This document shows positions 11,801-24,375 of a stretch of 64,000 nucleotides of DNA, piece after piece. Each line of letters starts with the position of its first letter. Within the stretch, counting starts at the first letter, position 1. The stretch is from Caecitellus pseudoparvulus (lineage: Eukaryota; Protista; Bigyra: Bicosoecida), in NCBI GenBank assembly GCA_965644315.1, contig CBFFRQ010000032.1:310001-374000 (forward strand), given 5' to 3'. The notes under the pieces are model-generated. The model saw nothing but the letters and a program-made list of their open reading frames with translations. It had not been told where the DNA came from and did not search any database. The position numbers and the translations under genes are program-made.

Positions 11801-14800
11801 TTTCAGTGATTGAGTGCACACGCAGAGCAATGCAGCACGCTCTGACTGTGTCAATGGACGGAAGGAGCGAGCCTACGAGGGCCTGCTTGCCGATGGCGCT
11901 GCTGTCATCCTTGGTCTTGGGGGTGCTAGGCATGGTGGGCGAGGCGCCCGGCGCAGCAGAGCTTGGAGGCGCACTTGCCAGGCGCACTAGCGCAGGAGAT
12001 GATGCAGGTGGGGGCGGTGCAGCTTCGCCGGAAGGGGTAGGTGGGGCTGCAGTGGGAGTGTCTGGGAGTCTGCGGGCCGTGTAGGGTGTCAAAGCACCCT
12101 TTGATGCTGAGGCTCGCATGGCAGGCAGCGAAGCGGCGCTGAGAGTGCGCAAGAACCCTGCACAGCGCGCAAAGTGCAACGCAGCACGTGTGGACGGCGC
12201 AGGGCCCAAGCTGCGAGCCAAGAGGTGCCACAGCGCGCGGATGGTCACAGGGCTACTTGACGCAATCTGCTTCACAATGCTCTGTGCTTCGCTAGCCTCA
12301 GGGCTAGTGGAAAGTGCAGCTTGTGTGATGGCATCTGCGACGTCCAGTGAAACGCCCAGCGCCCTCGCAGCACGCGCAGCGGACTCCTCCTCAAAGATCG
12401 CAGCGGCACCGGCTGAAACCCCCGCCACATCAACTGACAAGTGCCGTAAGCCAGCCAATAAAAGTGCCTTGGAAGACGCCATGGCAGAGGCGTCACGGGT
12501 TTGCAGCCCCCTCACCCACGCTGGCAGCAGCAGCGAGCACCAAGCTTGCACTTGCTCGATTGAGGCGCAGGCTGGCGCCCCGCATGAGGCAAAGATGTTG
12601 AGCAAGATGCGTGTAGCAGCATATCCTTGCACGGCACAGTCTTGTGCACCATGCGGAGAAGTGTGGCCTTCAGGCGACGCTTGGGCGGCTTGCGCAAGCA
12701 GGCCTGACAGTAATGGGTGTGAAGCTTGCAAGGAACGAGAGTGCAGAGTTTGCAGCGCACTACCACCGGGAGGGAGCAGCGCCAAGGCCTGAGACACCTT
12801 GGACAAGAAGTCGCCGATGGCCTCAAGCGCAGTGGAGCCCCGCTGCTCATTCGTGAACTCGGCAGCTGCGCATTCCTGCAGAAGGGGAAGGGCAGACACC
12901 AGCGGATGTCGAGATGCGTCACTTTCTCCGCGACTGCCGACCAGCTCCTCTTGCAACTCCGCTTGCTGCAAGAGGGTGACTGTGATGCTCCCAGACCCGT
13001 CTCGCGATGGGTGTGAGACGAGGTATTTCGTCAGTGAGGCAGCGAACGCCGCTCGGATTGCAGTGGACCGTGGAGTGGAGCTCCTACCCGAGGCAGACGC
13101 CATGAGCCCGCCAATGCAGTTCAGCAGCGTTTGCGCAGGCTGCAGTGCGAAGGAAATGCGGGAGCCCTGAACAGAGAGCAGCATGGAGAGCATGACATCT
13201 TGCAGATGCTGGTGTCGCGCTGCAGCGAGCAAGCGATCAGCCTTGGCAATGCTTGCATGCAGCTCTGCGCTTGCTGGAGTTGCAGAAGCAGCAGCGCGGG
13301 CCAGCTCCAAGGCTGACAGCAGCGCAGGCACAGCGACGTGAACCCGATGCAGCAGTGCAGTGGACACTTCGCCAACGCGTTTGGACGCTTCGGGAGCTGT
13401 CGACGCTTCCGCCAGAATTAGAGAGCGAGGCCACCCACACGATGGTGGGTCGCTGCTCGCCCTTTCCCCCAATTCTTGGAGGCGGTGGGTGGAAGCCTCG
13501 ACGTCACTGATGGCAGCATCCAGCGCGGCTTTCACGGCACCGATTGGCACTTCGGGCTGTGCCTGAGCGGAGCAACGCCCGAGCGGCGTGGAGAGAAACG
13601 CGCCAAGTGCCCATGCAGGCATGGTGTCCACAGCTGAGGGGATGGCCAGCTTGTTTGGTACACGCCGCCCAAAGAGTCTCAGGCTGAGCTTAGCTTGCAG
13701 GGGACCGGATTCGCGCAGTTGAGAGGCTGGCGAGACTTCTTCTGCCCCGGAGTTCTTCGTGAATGGCAGCACTGTGATGAGTAGGGCTCTTGCGGAGACA
13801 CCCTGCATGAGGGAGCCCAGTCCCTTGACTGTCACAGATCCTGACTGTGGTTGAGGTTGCTTGGCACAGCTTCCAAAAGAGTCCACTTCTTGCCTGTCAT
13901 TGCGAGCGACGCCAGACAGACCCGGAAGGCCGGAACCAAGGGGCAAACCAGCACTGCAGAGCAACGCGTGCTCGCTGTGCGCAGATGGCTCCAACGACGG
14001 GGAAAGTAAGCCTTCCGCCAGGGCATCCACAGCTGCCGCGCGGCGGTGCCGGAGCGGGTGGGTGGACACCTCCAAGTGAGAAGACCCCGGCGGCACTGCT
14101 GCGCTCAAGATGCGGACGGGCTTTTGGGCTGCCAGCGACGTATCTGCCAGCTGCTGTCCGTCTGGGCAGGGGCTGAGCAACTGCTGCGACGGGTTGTCGT
14201 GCTTGAGCCAATCAGGGCTCAGGGCAACTGCGGCCTGGTACTGCACAGAGATGTGGCCTTTCTTGGCTTTGCCGCTATCGGTGCCCAGACCAACCACAGG
14301 CACCAAAAAAGGCTCTCCATCGAGTGCGCCCCCGGAAGTCGCAGGAATGGACAGTGGTAAGGGAGGAACAGAGCGGAGAGCCGCTGGGGTAGTGCCATCC
14401 AAAGAGACTCGCACAGTGCTCTCAACAGTGTCAACCAGGACGGCCAGAGAGGCAATGACTGACGACACCTCCTTCTGCCTCGCGATGGGGAAGCTCTCCA
14501 CGCTGGTGGTAGTTTCATCACCGGCCTGCGACGTAGCAGGTTGTGTGGCCTTGCCTTGCGTCGGCCAGGCAAGCCACGCGTGCTGCTGCAAGACTTCAAA
14601 CGTGGGTGGCTCAGCAGACTCTGAGGAGGCAAGAAGTGGCTGAAGCGCAGCACTGTCTGCAACGCCCGCCACCAGCCCCGACAGGTCGGGGCCACCCTCC
14701 TTCATGGTCAACATGAATACAAACAGGCGAACGCCCTTGGAAGGAACTACGGTGTCCAATGCGCCCCACGTTCCCGAAGAAATTCGAGCGGAATACGGCA

Positions 14801-17800
14801 GCAATTGCGACATGCCATCGTTGCTTCCGTTGGGCGCCAACTTTGGGTTGAGGGGCTGCTTGCGCGTGACGGCACCCAAGGAAAGCCCGGTACTCCAATC
14901 GCCCCAGACCTGCTCCTTGCACACGCCCTGCAGGCTGGCTATTCCAAGGCCTGAACCCTCTGCTACCTGCCGGGTCTTGACTGGGCAGGCCGCTGGCAGC
15001 GGCAAGGCATCGATGCTTACCATCATTCCTCCGTGCATGGAGGGAGTAGGGATTTGGATGGACAAGTCCGCACCGGTGATAACGACCGGGCAGCCCTGTC
15101 CAGCAGAGGCGGCGTCGGGCAACAACCCCTCAGCAGCCAGGTCCACCACTACCTTGGACTGCATGCTAGGCCTGAGTTGCCCTGTATGCACCTGAAGTGT
15201 GCCGTCGCAGACGCCGCGAACAGCGCTAGCCAGGCTCGCCCAGTCCCCCTCCAGTGCATCAGTATGCTTCAGGGGGGGCGAACATGCGGCATCCTCTTCA
15301 GGAAGGAAATCTGCTGAAAAAACCGCTTGCGCCGGTGTCGAGCCCTTTGCGAGCTGTACAAGGGGGGCATCCCGTGGCCTGCACCCTGCTCCGCGCAAGC
15401 ACGCGAACACGTTGCTAGACACTTGAGCGGCTCGAGGCATGACTGCTGCATGGGGGTGCTTCATGAGTGCTTCGGCATCCAAGCAGGGAGCAGCCCATGG
15501 TACTTGCAGCATCTGGGACAGCAGGTCAGCAGATTCGGGGAAAGCAGCCGAAAGGGCTGACAGTGCCGGGGCGCAGCTGGCATCCGCTGTTGGTGCTTGC
15601 AGGTTATCTGCCAGGGCGGCGAACAGTTCGCTGAAGTCTAGCGAAGTGGAGTCACGCAGAGTGTGCACAAGGCGAAGGAAAACGGCGACAGACACAGTTA
15701 AGGTGCTGGGCAACACACCAGCCGGCGATCGCAGGGCGTCTCGCAAGAGCCGCAAGGGGCCTTGCAAACCTTCATCTGCCGACACGTCACCCGCGTCCAC
15801 GCCTGCACGAGCAGCAAGCCACCAAAGTGCCCCAGCAAGTTTGGCGTCTGCATCAGTGCGCGCACCTCGTACACAAACCTCAAAGACACGCGAAAGGGCA
15901 CTGGCAGGTTCAGGCTCTTGTGCAGCCATCTGCAGGGCAGCCCAAAGCCCTGCAGATGGCAGCCGGCCTGCGCACTGTGCCCGCAACAGCCGCAGCGGCG
16001 CAGCGAGTGGCACGGCACCGTTCAGCGCCACCTTCCAAATGGCGCTTGCTGCTGCCACAGCACGCTCTCCAAGTACGGCATGGACGCACTCGGCACATGC
16101 CATGGCTGCAATACCCACTTTCGGAGCCGGCGTTTCCGGATTCACCAAATGGCGCGCACAGGTCTGAAGCTCTGTGCCTTGGAGGCCAGCGGAGAGAGAC
16201 GTGATGCCAAGTCGCAGGCCAGCGGCATGTCCTGACACCTGCGTCTTCAAAGCCACTCGGATGCGCTGACCAAGCGGGGAGCCGAGGGCGATCGACAGCG
16301 GTGAGGAGCACTCCCAAACTGGAACTTGCAGTGACTTCTTCACGCTTGTCGCCGTCGACCCGAAGGGCGGCAAGACCTCAATCTCCACCTCTACAGAAAC
16401 AGGTCCGCAGTCACGGAACTTTGACTCCAGCGCCACTGGAGGGCCCGCTGTATCCATGACAAGTGCGTTTGGTCCGGTGGCCGCTGCAACCTCGGCAGCG
16501 TAGGTCGTGCAAACTTTTGGGACAGGCCACGCCCGCTGCAGGGGGGTGGCCAGGCCGTAGTGACCATCTTTCACACCCTCACCCAACGTGTGCGCCCAGC
16601 GAAGACCTGCCCACAAAGCATCTGAATCACCTCCGTCTTGTGCTAGCGGTGCAGGCGTAAACGCAGCCATTGCAGCAGTGCGGAGTTGTGCCAGCGGCAG
16701 GGGCCTATGCCACAAGCGAGCGCAAGCAAGCTGCCCAGCCCACCCAGCGCATACCATCGAGCCGCCCAGGCGCAGCAAGGCAGGGAAGGCGTCTTGCACT
16801 ACAGGCAAGCCCTTGCCTTGCTCAGCCAGCGTGCCAGAGCGGGCGTTGGGCTCAGTTTGCTGCTTGAACGCGATGGTTTCGCCGTACTCTTCGCCATTGA
16901 CGGTAAGTGCTGCGAAGCCATGGCTAGATGAAACAACCAACGCCACGTGAGACCACTCGCCGCGTGGAATGCGTGGCGAGTAGGCATGGGCCGCCACGTT
17001 CTCTGCCAGGCCACGGTGGTGGCTGGAGTAGGCAGCGTGACGGATGCCGCTCAGCATGGGCTTTGCGATGCTCGTGCCGCCCGGCAGCGCCTGAGAGAAG
17101 GCATCATGGGGAACGCGGCTGCTTGTTGAGTGAGGGATGAAAGGTGCCGCAACGCCAGCAGCACCTTCCACAAACTCGCCTGCGTAGCCCCAGGATGGAT
17201 GCAAGGCAGAGTGGTGGGCCAGCATGCACACGTGCCCCGCAGCGGACACAAGTACAGAGAGGAGGGACCCATCCCCGAGCGTGCACTCCGCCACACTGCG
17301 CACTGTGGCAGGGCAAGTGTACCCTTGATACCCCTCTGTGGTGGCAGCAGCTGCCAGGGCGGACATGGCAGCGCGTGCTTGCCACTCGTCGCCCTCCTTG
17401 CCTGACACAACGGTGAAGGTGGTCCTGGCGATGGCTGTCCTGAAGGCTTTCTCGGCCTCTACAGTGCTGACAGAGCGACTGCCCTCGTCGTCCATAGAGG
17501 ACTCCCACTCTGGGCAGTCAATGACGGCCAGCTCGTACAGCCCAGGCTCTGTAGGGATATCTTTTGCCTTGATGAAATCGGCCCTGCGACGGAACACCGC
17601 CAGGCCTGAGTGCATCTTCACCCAGCTTCCGACTGGAACCTTCTCCTGTCCTTCCTCGCTTGGTGCGCTGGCTTCGCCACCGGGTGCTCCGGTTTTGCTC
17701 TCAACAGCCCCCTCGGCAATGCCAGTTGCAGCTGCGACTGATCCCGCTGCCTCGCCAGTGGCTGCTGCATCAAAAGGCTTCACGAGCCGCCCAACTCGCC

Positions 17801-20800
17801 GCCAACTTATGCCACACTTGCGGGTGTTGGCAAGGTTGTGCACATCTGAGGACAGAGGGAACGCCACTGACAGTCCCTTTGCTGAGGCCAGGTCCACGAC
17901 AGGGGTGCAGTGAAGCACCATGGCCACGGCACCTCCGCCACCCACAAGTTGTTCAGGGGCAGGGTTCCACTGTGTTGGAAGGGCGGGAAAGGCATCCACG
18001 TCAGGGCGCACCCACATGTCCAGAGTCCACCCGGACGGCGTCTCGTGGCAGGTGGCTGGCTGCATGCCTCGACCTTCGCCACAGCCCGCGGTTGCTGCAG
18101 CTTCCCCCAGGGCGCTGTTCGGGAGAATGGCGCAGTCTACACCACGAGCCTGTGCACAAAGCGCTGCATGGATGGGGAGAGGCGACTGCATGGCCATGTG
18201 GCTGGCGCTGGCAGTGGGCGCTTGCAAGGCAGGGTGTGGTCCCTGCCTCAGTGCTGGCGAAAGAGAGCCAAGCACTGCTTGCCCGATGGGCTGCACGAGG
18301 TTGCTGAAAGATTCGTGTATGTTCGTCTTCTTTGAAAGCACACTGGCCAGCGGGCTGTCTTTCGAGGCCCGGGCTGCCAGCTGTACGGCTAGGTAGCCAC
18401 CATCGCTTGCCAGTGCATGGGCGCCACTGAACGAAGTGACTCGGCTCGCAAAAGCGGCTGCAAGCGGGCCTGTGACAGACATAGGCAGCTGGATGAATGG
18501 CTGTAGGCTGAGCAGAGCATGAGAGACAGCTGCTGGTACGGGGAGCTCCACCTCAAAGTCTGCTGAAACCACAGGGTCATGTGGGAGGGGGCGGGGCGGA
18601 GGCAGGGCACTGGATACCCCACCGTCCACGTTTGCTTCGGAGGCATCGCACAGCAGCGATGCCTGGCGCAACGATCGCCCATTCCAGACCAATTCTTGGT
18701 ACCCGTCGGGGTGGTGCGCGATGCCAACTGTCGCATCGTCGGCTTGCACGACGTTTCCGTCCGCCCGACTGGCTCTGGAGCTAAGCAAAGTCAGTGGGAG
18801 GCGCCCGGACGGGGGTGCGGCCGCAGCCACAAGCGCTTGCCACTGGCTGTGGGAGAGCCGCTGCATCGCCGCTTCCAAGGAAGGCACAGAAGACCCCGCA
18901 GCAGCCAAGTCTTGCAACCAAGCTGGTACTGCGGGCTCTGACGGAGTGCCCGCGAAAAGGACGTCCTCCATGCGCAGGAACGCCAGTGAACCAGTCTCAG
19001 ACAGCGCACCAAGCACAGGAGCCCCACTTTCAAGCAGGGCCTCAGCACTGCTCGCCAGCGGGAAAGCAGAGCACGGTCCTCTCATGGACGAGTGCAGGGT
19101 TGCCAGGTCGACACAAGTCCCAGCGAATGCAGGGGCTCCACGGGGCACCCACAGTAACTTCTCTAGTTGGGCGACGGAAAGGTGAGCAAGCAGGTGGGGC
19201 CTGCCGCGGGAGACGAAGCAGACCTCGCCAGACGTGCAACGCACAGCAACGGCGCCGCCTACCCAACCAGGTGGGCAGCCCGGCCAAGGTGAAATGGAGA
19301 GCAACTGTACTGGCTGGGATGGTAGTGCCAGCGCGACACCTGGCTGAAGGCTCGCATCGCTGGAGCTGAACGGGATGCTCAACAGCGCGTGCTCTGGCAG
19401 AGAGCTACCAGGCGACCCTGTCCACCCAAAGAGCGCGCGGCGCCTCGTGGGGTCCATGGCGCTGCACGTGACACGCCCGCCTGTCAGCCGAACCACTTGT
19501 TTCAGCCTTGTGACAATGCTGCCGGCGCTGTCGATCTCGTCATGTGCCGGCGCTTCTGGAGAAACCGAGCCGTCCAGTGCGAGGGGTGCCAACAGCGTAG
19601 GCAGGTTTTCACTCGCGAGTTGCTGCCGCTCGTACAAGCAAAGAGAGGTCATAGGGGTGCCGCTGGAAGTGCTGTGCACGACAGTGATGGCTCGCGCATC
19701 TAGACCTGCAGAGGGGTTGGAAAGCACAGCCACGTCCGGCATGGTGCAAGCCCGCTTTTGGTTGAACACTTCCACCCGCTGCTGCATGTCAGCGATGCGA
19801 GCGTCATCCGTCGTCCAGATCCCACAGAAAGCCTCGGCTGCTGCCTGGCCCAGCTTGATTGCTGCACCCCGGGTGGGCGCGAACCACATGCCGCGGATGC
19901 GCTCCTCGGCTGACAGCACCTCTGACAGAGAGTGAATGGGAGCCAGCTTGTCCTTGCGGATGCGCAAGTGGCGCCCCGACGCCACATCCAGGACAAGGTA
20001 GTGGTTGTTTATGCTGAAGTCGGGGTCCAGGCGTAGCACCCGCATGGTCTTGAAGTCCCCCTTGATGACTCTGTTCAAGCCGTGCTCGCTGGGACGCCCA
20101 GGCTTCAGCGCATCCACTGGCAGCACTTCCATGCTGGAATCAAGATTTTCAGGCACCCAGTAGGGGCGAGGTTTGGATGGCTGGGGGGTAGCAGCGTCCA
20201 TTGCTGCGTCCAGGGACGGGTGCAAGCCCCGCAAGCCGAAGGGGTCGCCGAGAGCTGTGCCCTCAGCTTCGCCAGGAGACTCGCTAGGGCTTGCAGTGAG
20301 GGCACCCTCGCTAGCTCCAGGGCCGACTTCAGTGGCTGGTGGCGCCTCGCTACTCGATTCCATTTCCTTGGGGACCGGGTCTGGATCGGCATCAGCGCCG
20401 TCGGCTAGGAGGGCCTCGGAGGCGTCCGACTCAGGGGCCTTCGCAGTCTTCGATGACGGCAGGGGTGGCAAGACTCGCACGAGCACGTGCCCTGCCTTGG
20501 CATCTACAATGCCGGAGACCCAAGCGTTGCGCCCTTCAAACTTGCCCTTCAGCACTGTGACGACCAGGCCGGGGGTGCACCACTGAGCCCATGCCTCGGG
20601 TGGATCGCCAAACCGGTTGCAGCCAGCAACAGGAATTCCTGCTGAGGTGGACAAGCCAGTGTGTACGCTAGCTGTCGGCCGGTGGTGTGAGGTGGCCATG
20701 TCGTGCTCCCCTTCAGGCAGAATGGCTGGTGCAAGGGGGGTGACGGTGCCAACTGCAGCCCCAAAAGCGGAGCCTTCACACGACCCTGCAACTGCGGCTC

Positions 20801-22860
20801 CTTCAGGTGCGATTTCGCCTTCTTCAACTTCGGCGCCATCCATCTCAGCTGAGCCAGAGGAGTCTTCGGGTGCACCTGGCGGCGGACCAGTGGTCACTTG
20901 GTCAACGGCACCTGGTGGCATGAGGAGGGCATCAGCCAGCTCAGCATCTCCGCTTGCCGTCCACTGCTGCAATGCTGCGGCGGCTGCTGGGCTCACCTGC
21001 ACCCCATGCAAGTGAGGCTGCACTGCATGAATGGAAAACGCGTGCATGATGGGCAGCACACCAGGCTGGGACCACAGGTCCACAACGCCGTTGGACAGCA
21101 GTGTAGCGAAGAGGTGGCCGCCACCCTGCAACAAGTCCTTGTGCGAGGACCGCTCCTTGCTTAGGATGTTTGCGATGGCAGCCTTGTCCTCCGCAACGAG
21201 AGGGGCAGAGGGAGGCGTGCTGCTTGCTCCCGCAGCAGCGTCTTGCAGCGGCCCATGGGCGGCCTCGGAACAGGTCCGGATGGCTTGATGGAAAGTGACA
21301 ACTTTGGTGATAAATGGCTTGTCTGTCACTGTCAGGGGGGAGCTCATTGGTGCCAGGTCACTCGCGCCCATTGGGCTCCAAGGCGTGGGTACGGGTGGGT
21401 TTGCGACTGTCAGACAAACGAGCGGAGGCACATTGTCAGACCTCTGCCAAGGGATTGACCACTCTGGAAATGATCCCACCAGAAAGGACAGCACGCCCGC
21501 TGGGTGCATGCCAGCGTTCAGCATGTCTGCCAGGGCGACGCTTGGCAGGCTGGTCTTGGCCATGGTGTGCTTGTGCACGGTGGTGGTGGTGCCGTCACCC
21601 CTGGCGAAACCGACTGCAGCGCACGGCATCGCCATGCCCCGGCCGATCAAAGAGGCTGGGGGCACACCAACGTGGAGCTTGGAGATTGGAGGGGTCGTCT
21701 TGGCGCCTGCGTTGGGCTTGGCTGCGCCACTGGCAGACTGCTCACCAGCACCTGCCCCACCTGCCGCGGCGCCACCGGAGCTGCCAGGTGCAGCAGATCC
21801 CGCCTCATCTCCTCCTGCAGGTGCTGCTGAAACGGTTCCTTGGCTAGCACTGGGACGGGTCTCAGAGGGTGCCTGCTGGGCAGTAGCCAGTGCTGCCTCA
21901 GCCTCTGCAGTCGTCGCTGAGACGAGGCGGTACGCGAGCCACGCCAAAGACTCCCGCATGCGCGTGCGCTTGGCACCACTGACTTGCACCCAGCCTTCAG
22001 AGGACTCGCTGGTCGTTTGCTTGGTGAAGGAAGTCAGGTTGGGCAATCTGTCAGTCGCTGCCCGGATGGTGGTGCGCGTCTGCTTGCCCTTGTCCGAGAT
22101 GTGCGCAGGCCAGGGGTGCAGTTGCACCGCCGCAGAGAGGCAGGCAGCAAAGAGGTAGCAAGGCTGCTGATGAATAAGGCTTGACAAGCACCACAGAGCC
22201 AGCATAGAAGCGTGCACGGGGACGGTGAAAGGCAGGGGGCCGGCTCGGGTGCGATCAGCTGGCATGCCGGCCGCCATTGCCTTGCCGAGGGCTGAAATAG
22301 CTGCTTGCACAGGAGAAGGCAGCAAGCGCAGTGACGCAGCAGAGGCTGTTGCATCCACAGCTTCGCAAGCGGTGAGGAGCGCCTGCGCTTGGACCAGAGA
22401 CAGCAGCACGGTGGAGTAGCCAGGCGAAGAATGCAGCAGCAAGTCGAGGTCAGGGATGTGCCGCAGCAGGGAGCCTGGCACGACACGAAACTTGTCCCCC
22501 CGAGTCACAAGAACCAGTCCCAGGCTCTCATCGAGCACATGCAGCTGCACCCTGCGAACATAGCGCGGAATAGACCAGCCTAGTGAGGTGCTGAATGTCC
22601 GCACGTGCGTGAAGAGCGGCACCAGTACGCACCCTCCAGGAGCTGAGGAGAACGGTGAGGACGCAGTTTTCGACAGGGAGTACGCTTCGGCGATTTCGAT
22701 GCGCCCCTCCTGGGTAAAGGCCAAGCTGGATGCGCCAGGGAACTGCGAAAGGCGTGCTGGAGCGTGTGCTGGCTGGCTCACCACGCCGACTGAAAACAAT
22801 GCTTACCTCATCCCAGCTGGCTTTGACAAGTGGCGTCAAGAAAGAAGCTGCCCCTGCCAT
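2844..22860 (-). CDS. Giant (~6,650 aa) BIRC6/BRUCE-type ubiquitin-conjugating E2/E3 hybrid with KOW, LamG, SPRY, DOC-like, UBC and UBA domains; no BIR seen
   Basis: ORF of 6,651 codons. C-terminal UBC: PPDTPYDSGLFLF...[29 protein letters not shown]...LLQVFVSIASLIFVSKPYYNEPG, catalytic Cys at ~3525-3527. Preceded by the BIRC6-type WAKGTGY motif (~4580-4600) and followed by a UBA-like tail (ALAQAKGNMDTAALWL). Proposed start ATG 22860 (MAGAASFLTPLVKASWDE), joined in frame by intron 22743-22806. Confidence 0.85.
22552..22632 (-). other. Possible in-frame intron (81 nt, GTGCGT...TTCGCAG), giant UBC gene
   Basis: Donor and acceptor match other introns in the window. Its length is 3n with no stop, so retention cannot be excluded. 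Confidence 0.5.
22743..22806 (-). other. Spliceosomal intron (64 nt, GTAAGC...TTTCGCAG), giant UBC gene
   Basis: Canonical donor and acceptor. Phase-0 removal joins the 18-codon ATG exon to the long ORF, which otherwise begins at a TTG. Confidence 0.8.
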
Positions 22861-23206
22861 ATCTGCAGAGTGAGCTGCTTCCGGCCAACCAGTGGTGTCT
22901 TTTCCCAAGTGTGCCCCGGAGAGGGAGGTGGGGTTGGCTGGCAGCTGACGCCAGAGAGGGTGATGGCCAGGTTCCAAGGAACGCTGACAAGGAAGCTTGC
23001 ACAGAGTCAAGCTTTTAGAATTGAATTAATCCCGTGTCCACTGCCCCCACAGCAGAAACCTGCGTGGGTGTTGGCGGTGCTGATGCTGGGGTCTAAGCGG
23101 GGGCCGTAGTTCGACTTGAGCACAGCGAAGCTCTGCTTCCTCTTCTGCCCAATGCTTGACGGGCAGAGTGGTTGGATCACACTTCATGCGCTAGCATTAG
23201 TGTCGT

Positions 23207-24190
23207 TTACCCCTTCTCCGATTGCTGTGCCTTTAGCCGGGCTCTCCAACCACCCGCTGCCCCACCAGGTTTGATGCCGTGCGCTTGCATCGCTGACTCG
23301 CTCGATGGGCGCTGCATATGAGCGGAGAGCAGGCTGGTGTGGTTGACTTGGTCAGGTAGGGCCACCCCTTCCTTTCCTTGTCGCGCCATGGTCACAGTTG
23401 AATGCGCTGGCACTGGCGCCGACTCTTGCCGTGCACCTGGGGCAGACTTAGCAGGCATGTCCTCCACTGCTCGGACCTGCTCAGGGTGAAGTCGCGTGGC
23501 GTGAGTCCCATCACCGAAAGCTACACTAAACTCAGCATTGGGAAAGCCCTGGTGCGTAATGGATGTGACCGTTCCCCGGCGCCACTTTCCTTGCCACCAC
23601 GCCAAAGCGGGGCCGCGTTTGTACAGGGTCATGTGGGATGCATCCTCCGCAGAACCGGATGCCTGATGCGTTTCGTCGTCGCGCCCCCCAGAACCCACAG
23701 GCACCGCATAGACAGCAGCAAAGTCGTCGCCATGTGCGCTGGCCGTCGATTCGGCTCGCCCGCCCTGCGCGATGGCGGTGGCCTCGTCATCCGAGCTGTC
23801 CACAAAGCGCTCGTCTACGGCAGCGCGGCCTGACGCGGCACGAACGCGTGCCATTCTGGCAGCCTTCGCGATGGCCCCACTTGCGCTTGGCCCAAGGCCT
23901 GCCCCCCGGGACCGCTTCTGCCCTCCCATCGCAGCATGCCTGGGAGCAAACATGGCTGCCTCATGACCACGGTCCGAAGAAGACAACACGGGCCTGGGAG
24001 CCCCAGCTTTTCCTTTCGGCATGGAAATCTTTGCTTTTGTTGCCATGTCCACGGCGTCTGGCCGCTCCCAACGGCTGCCACGCTTGGCCCTGCCCGGCCT
24101 CGACGCCTCGCGAAGGTGGTCGTCTGCCGCTGCGGCCTTGTGCAGCCTGTTCTGCACGCTGCGCCTCAGATCTGCAGCAGAGAGTGACAT
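23207..24190 (-). CDS. Hypothetical 327-aa basic/low-complexity protein with one Tudor-like domain
   Basis: ATG-initiated ORF. The segment ALAWWQGKWRRGTVTSITHQGFPNAEFSVAFGDGTHATRLHPEQVRA has Tudor/SH3-barrel spacing. Confidence 0.65.
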   Translation of the reverse strand: MSLSAADLRRSVQNRLHKAAAADDHLREASRPGRAKRGSRWERPDAVDMATKAKISMPKGKAGAPRPVLSSSDRGHEAAMFAPRHAAMGGQKRSRGAGLGPSASGAIAKAARMARVRAASGRAAVDERFVDSSDDEATAIAQGGRAESTASAHGDDFAAVYAVPVGSGGRDDETHQASGSAEDASHMTLYKRGPALAWWQGKWRRGTVTSITHQGFPNAEFSVAFGDGTHATRLHPEQVRAVEDMPAKSAPGARQESAPVPAHSTVTMARQGKEGVALPDQVNHTSLLSAHMQRPSSESAMQAHGIKPGGAAGGWRARLKAQQSEKG

Positions 24191-24375
24191 GACCTATCTC
24201 ACCCAGTGCCTGCTACACGCTGCGTGCCCTCAGCAAAGCGTAAGTGCGTGCCAGGCCCTTGGACCTGTGCCTGAGTTGCAACCAATTTCCGCAGACCACG
24301 TCGCTACAATTTCGTTGAATTTGAGGGCTCCTTGGGGTGTGTAAGGTGAGCAATAATGCGCTGCGCATCAGCATG

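Noticed and set aside
20560-20640. GDPPEAWAQW resembling the DDPWxEH part of a BIR domain
   Set aside because: The required Cys/His zinc ligands and their spacing are absent.
23060-23135. tRNA-like fragments (GGTCTAAGCG ... GTTCGAC)
   Set aside because: I could not fold an acceptor, anticodon or T stem with correct spacing. tRNAscan-SE would settle it.
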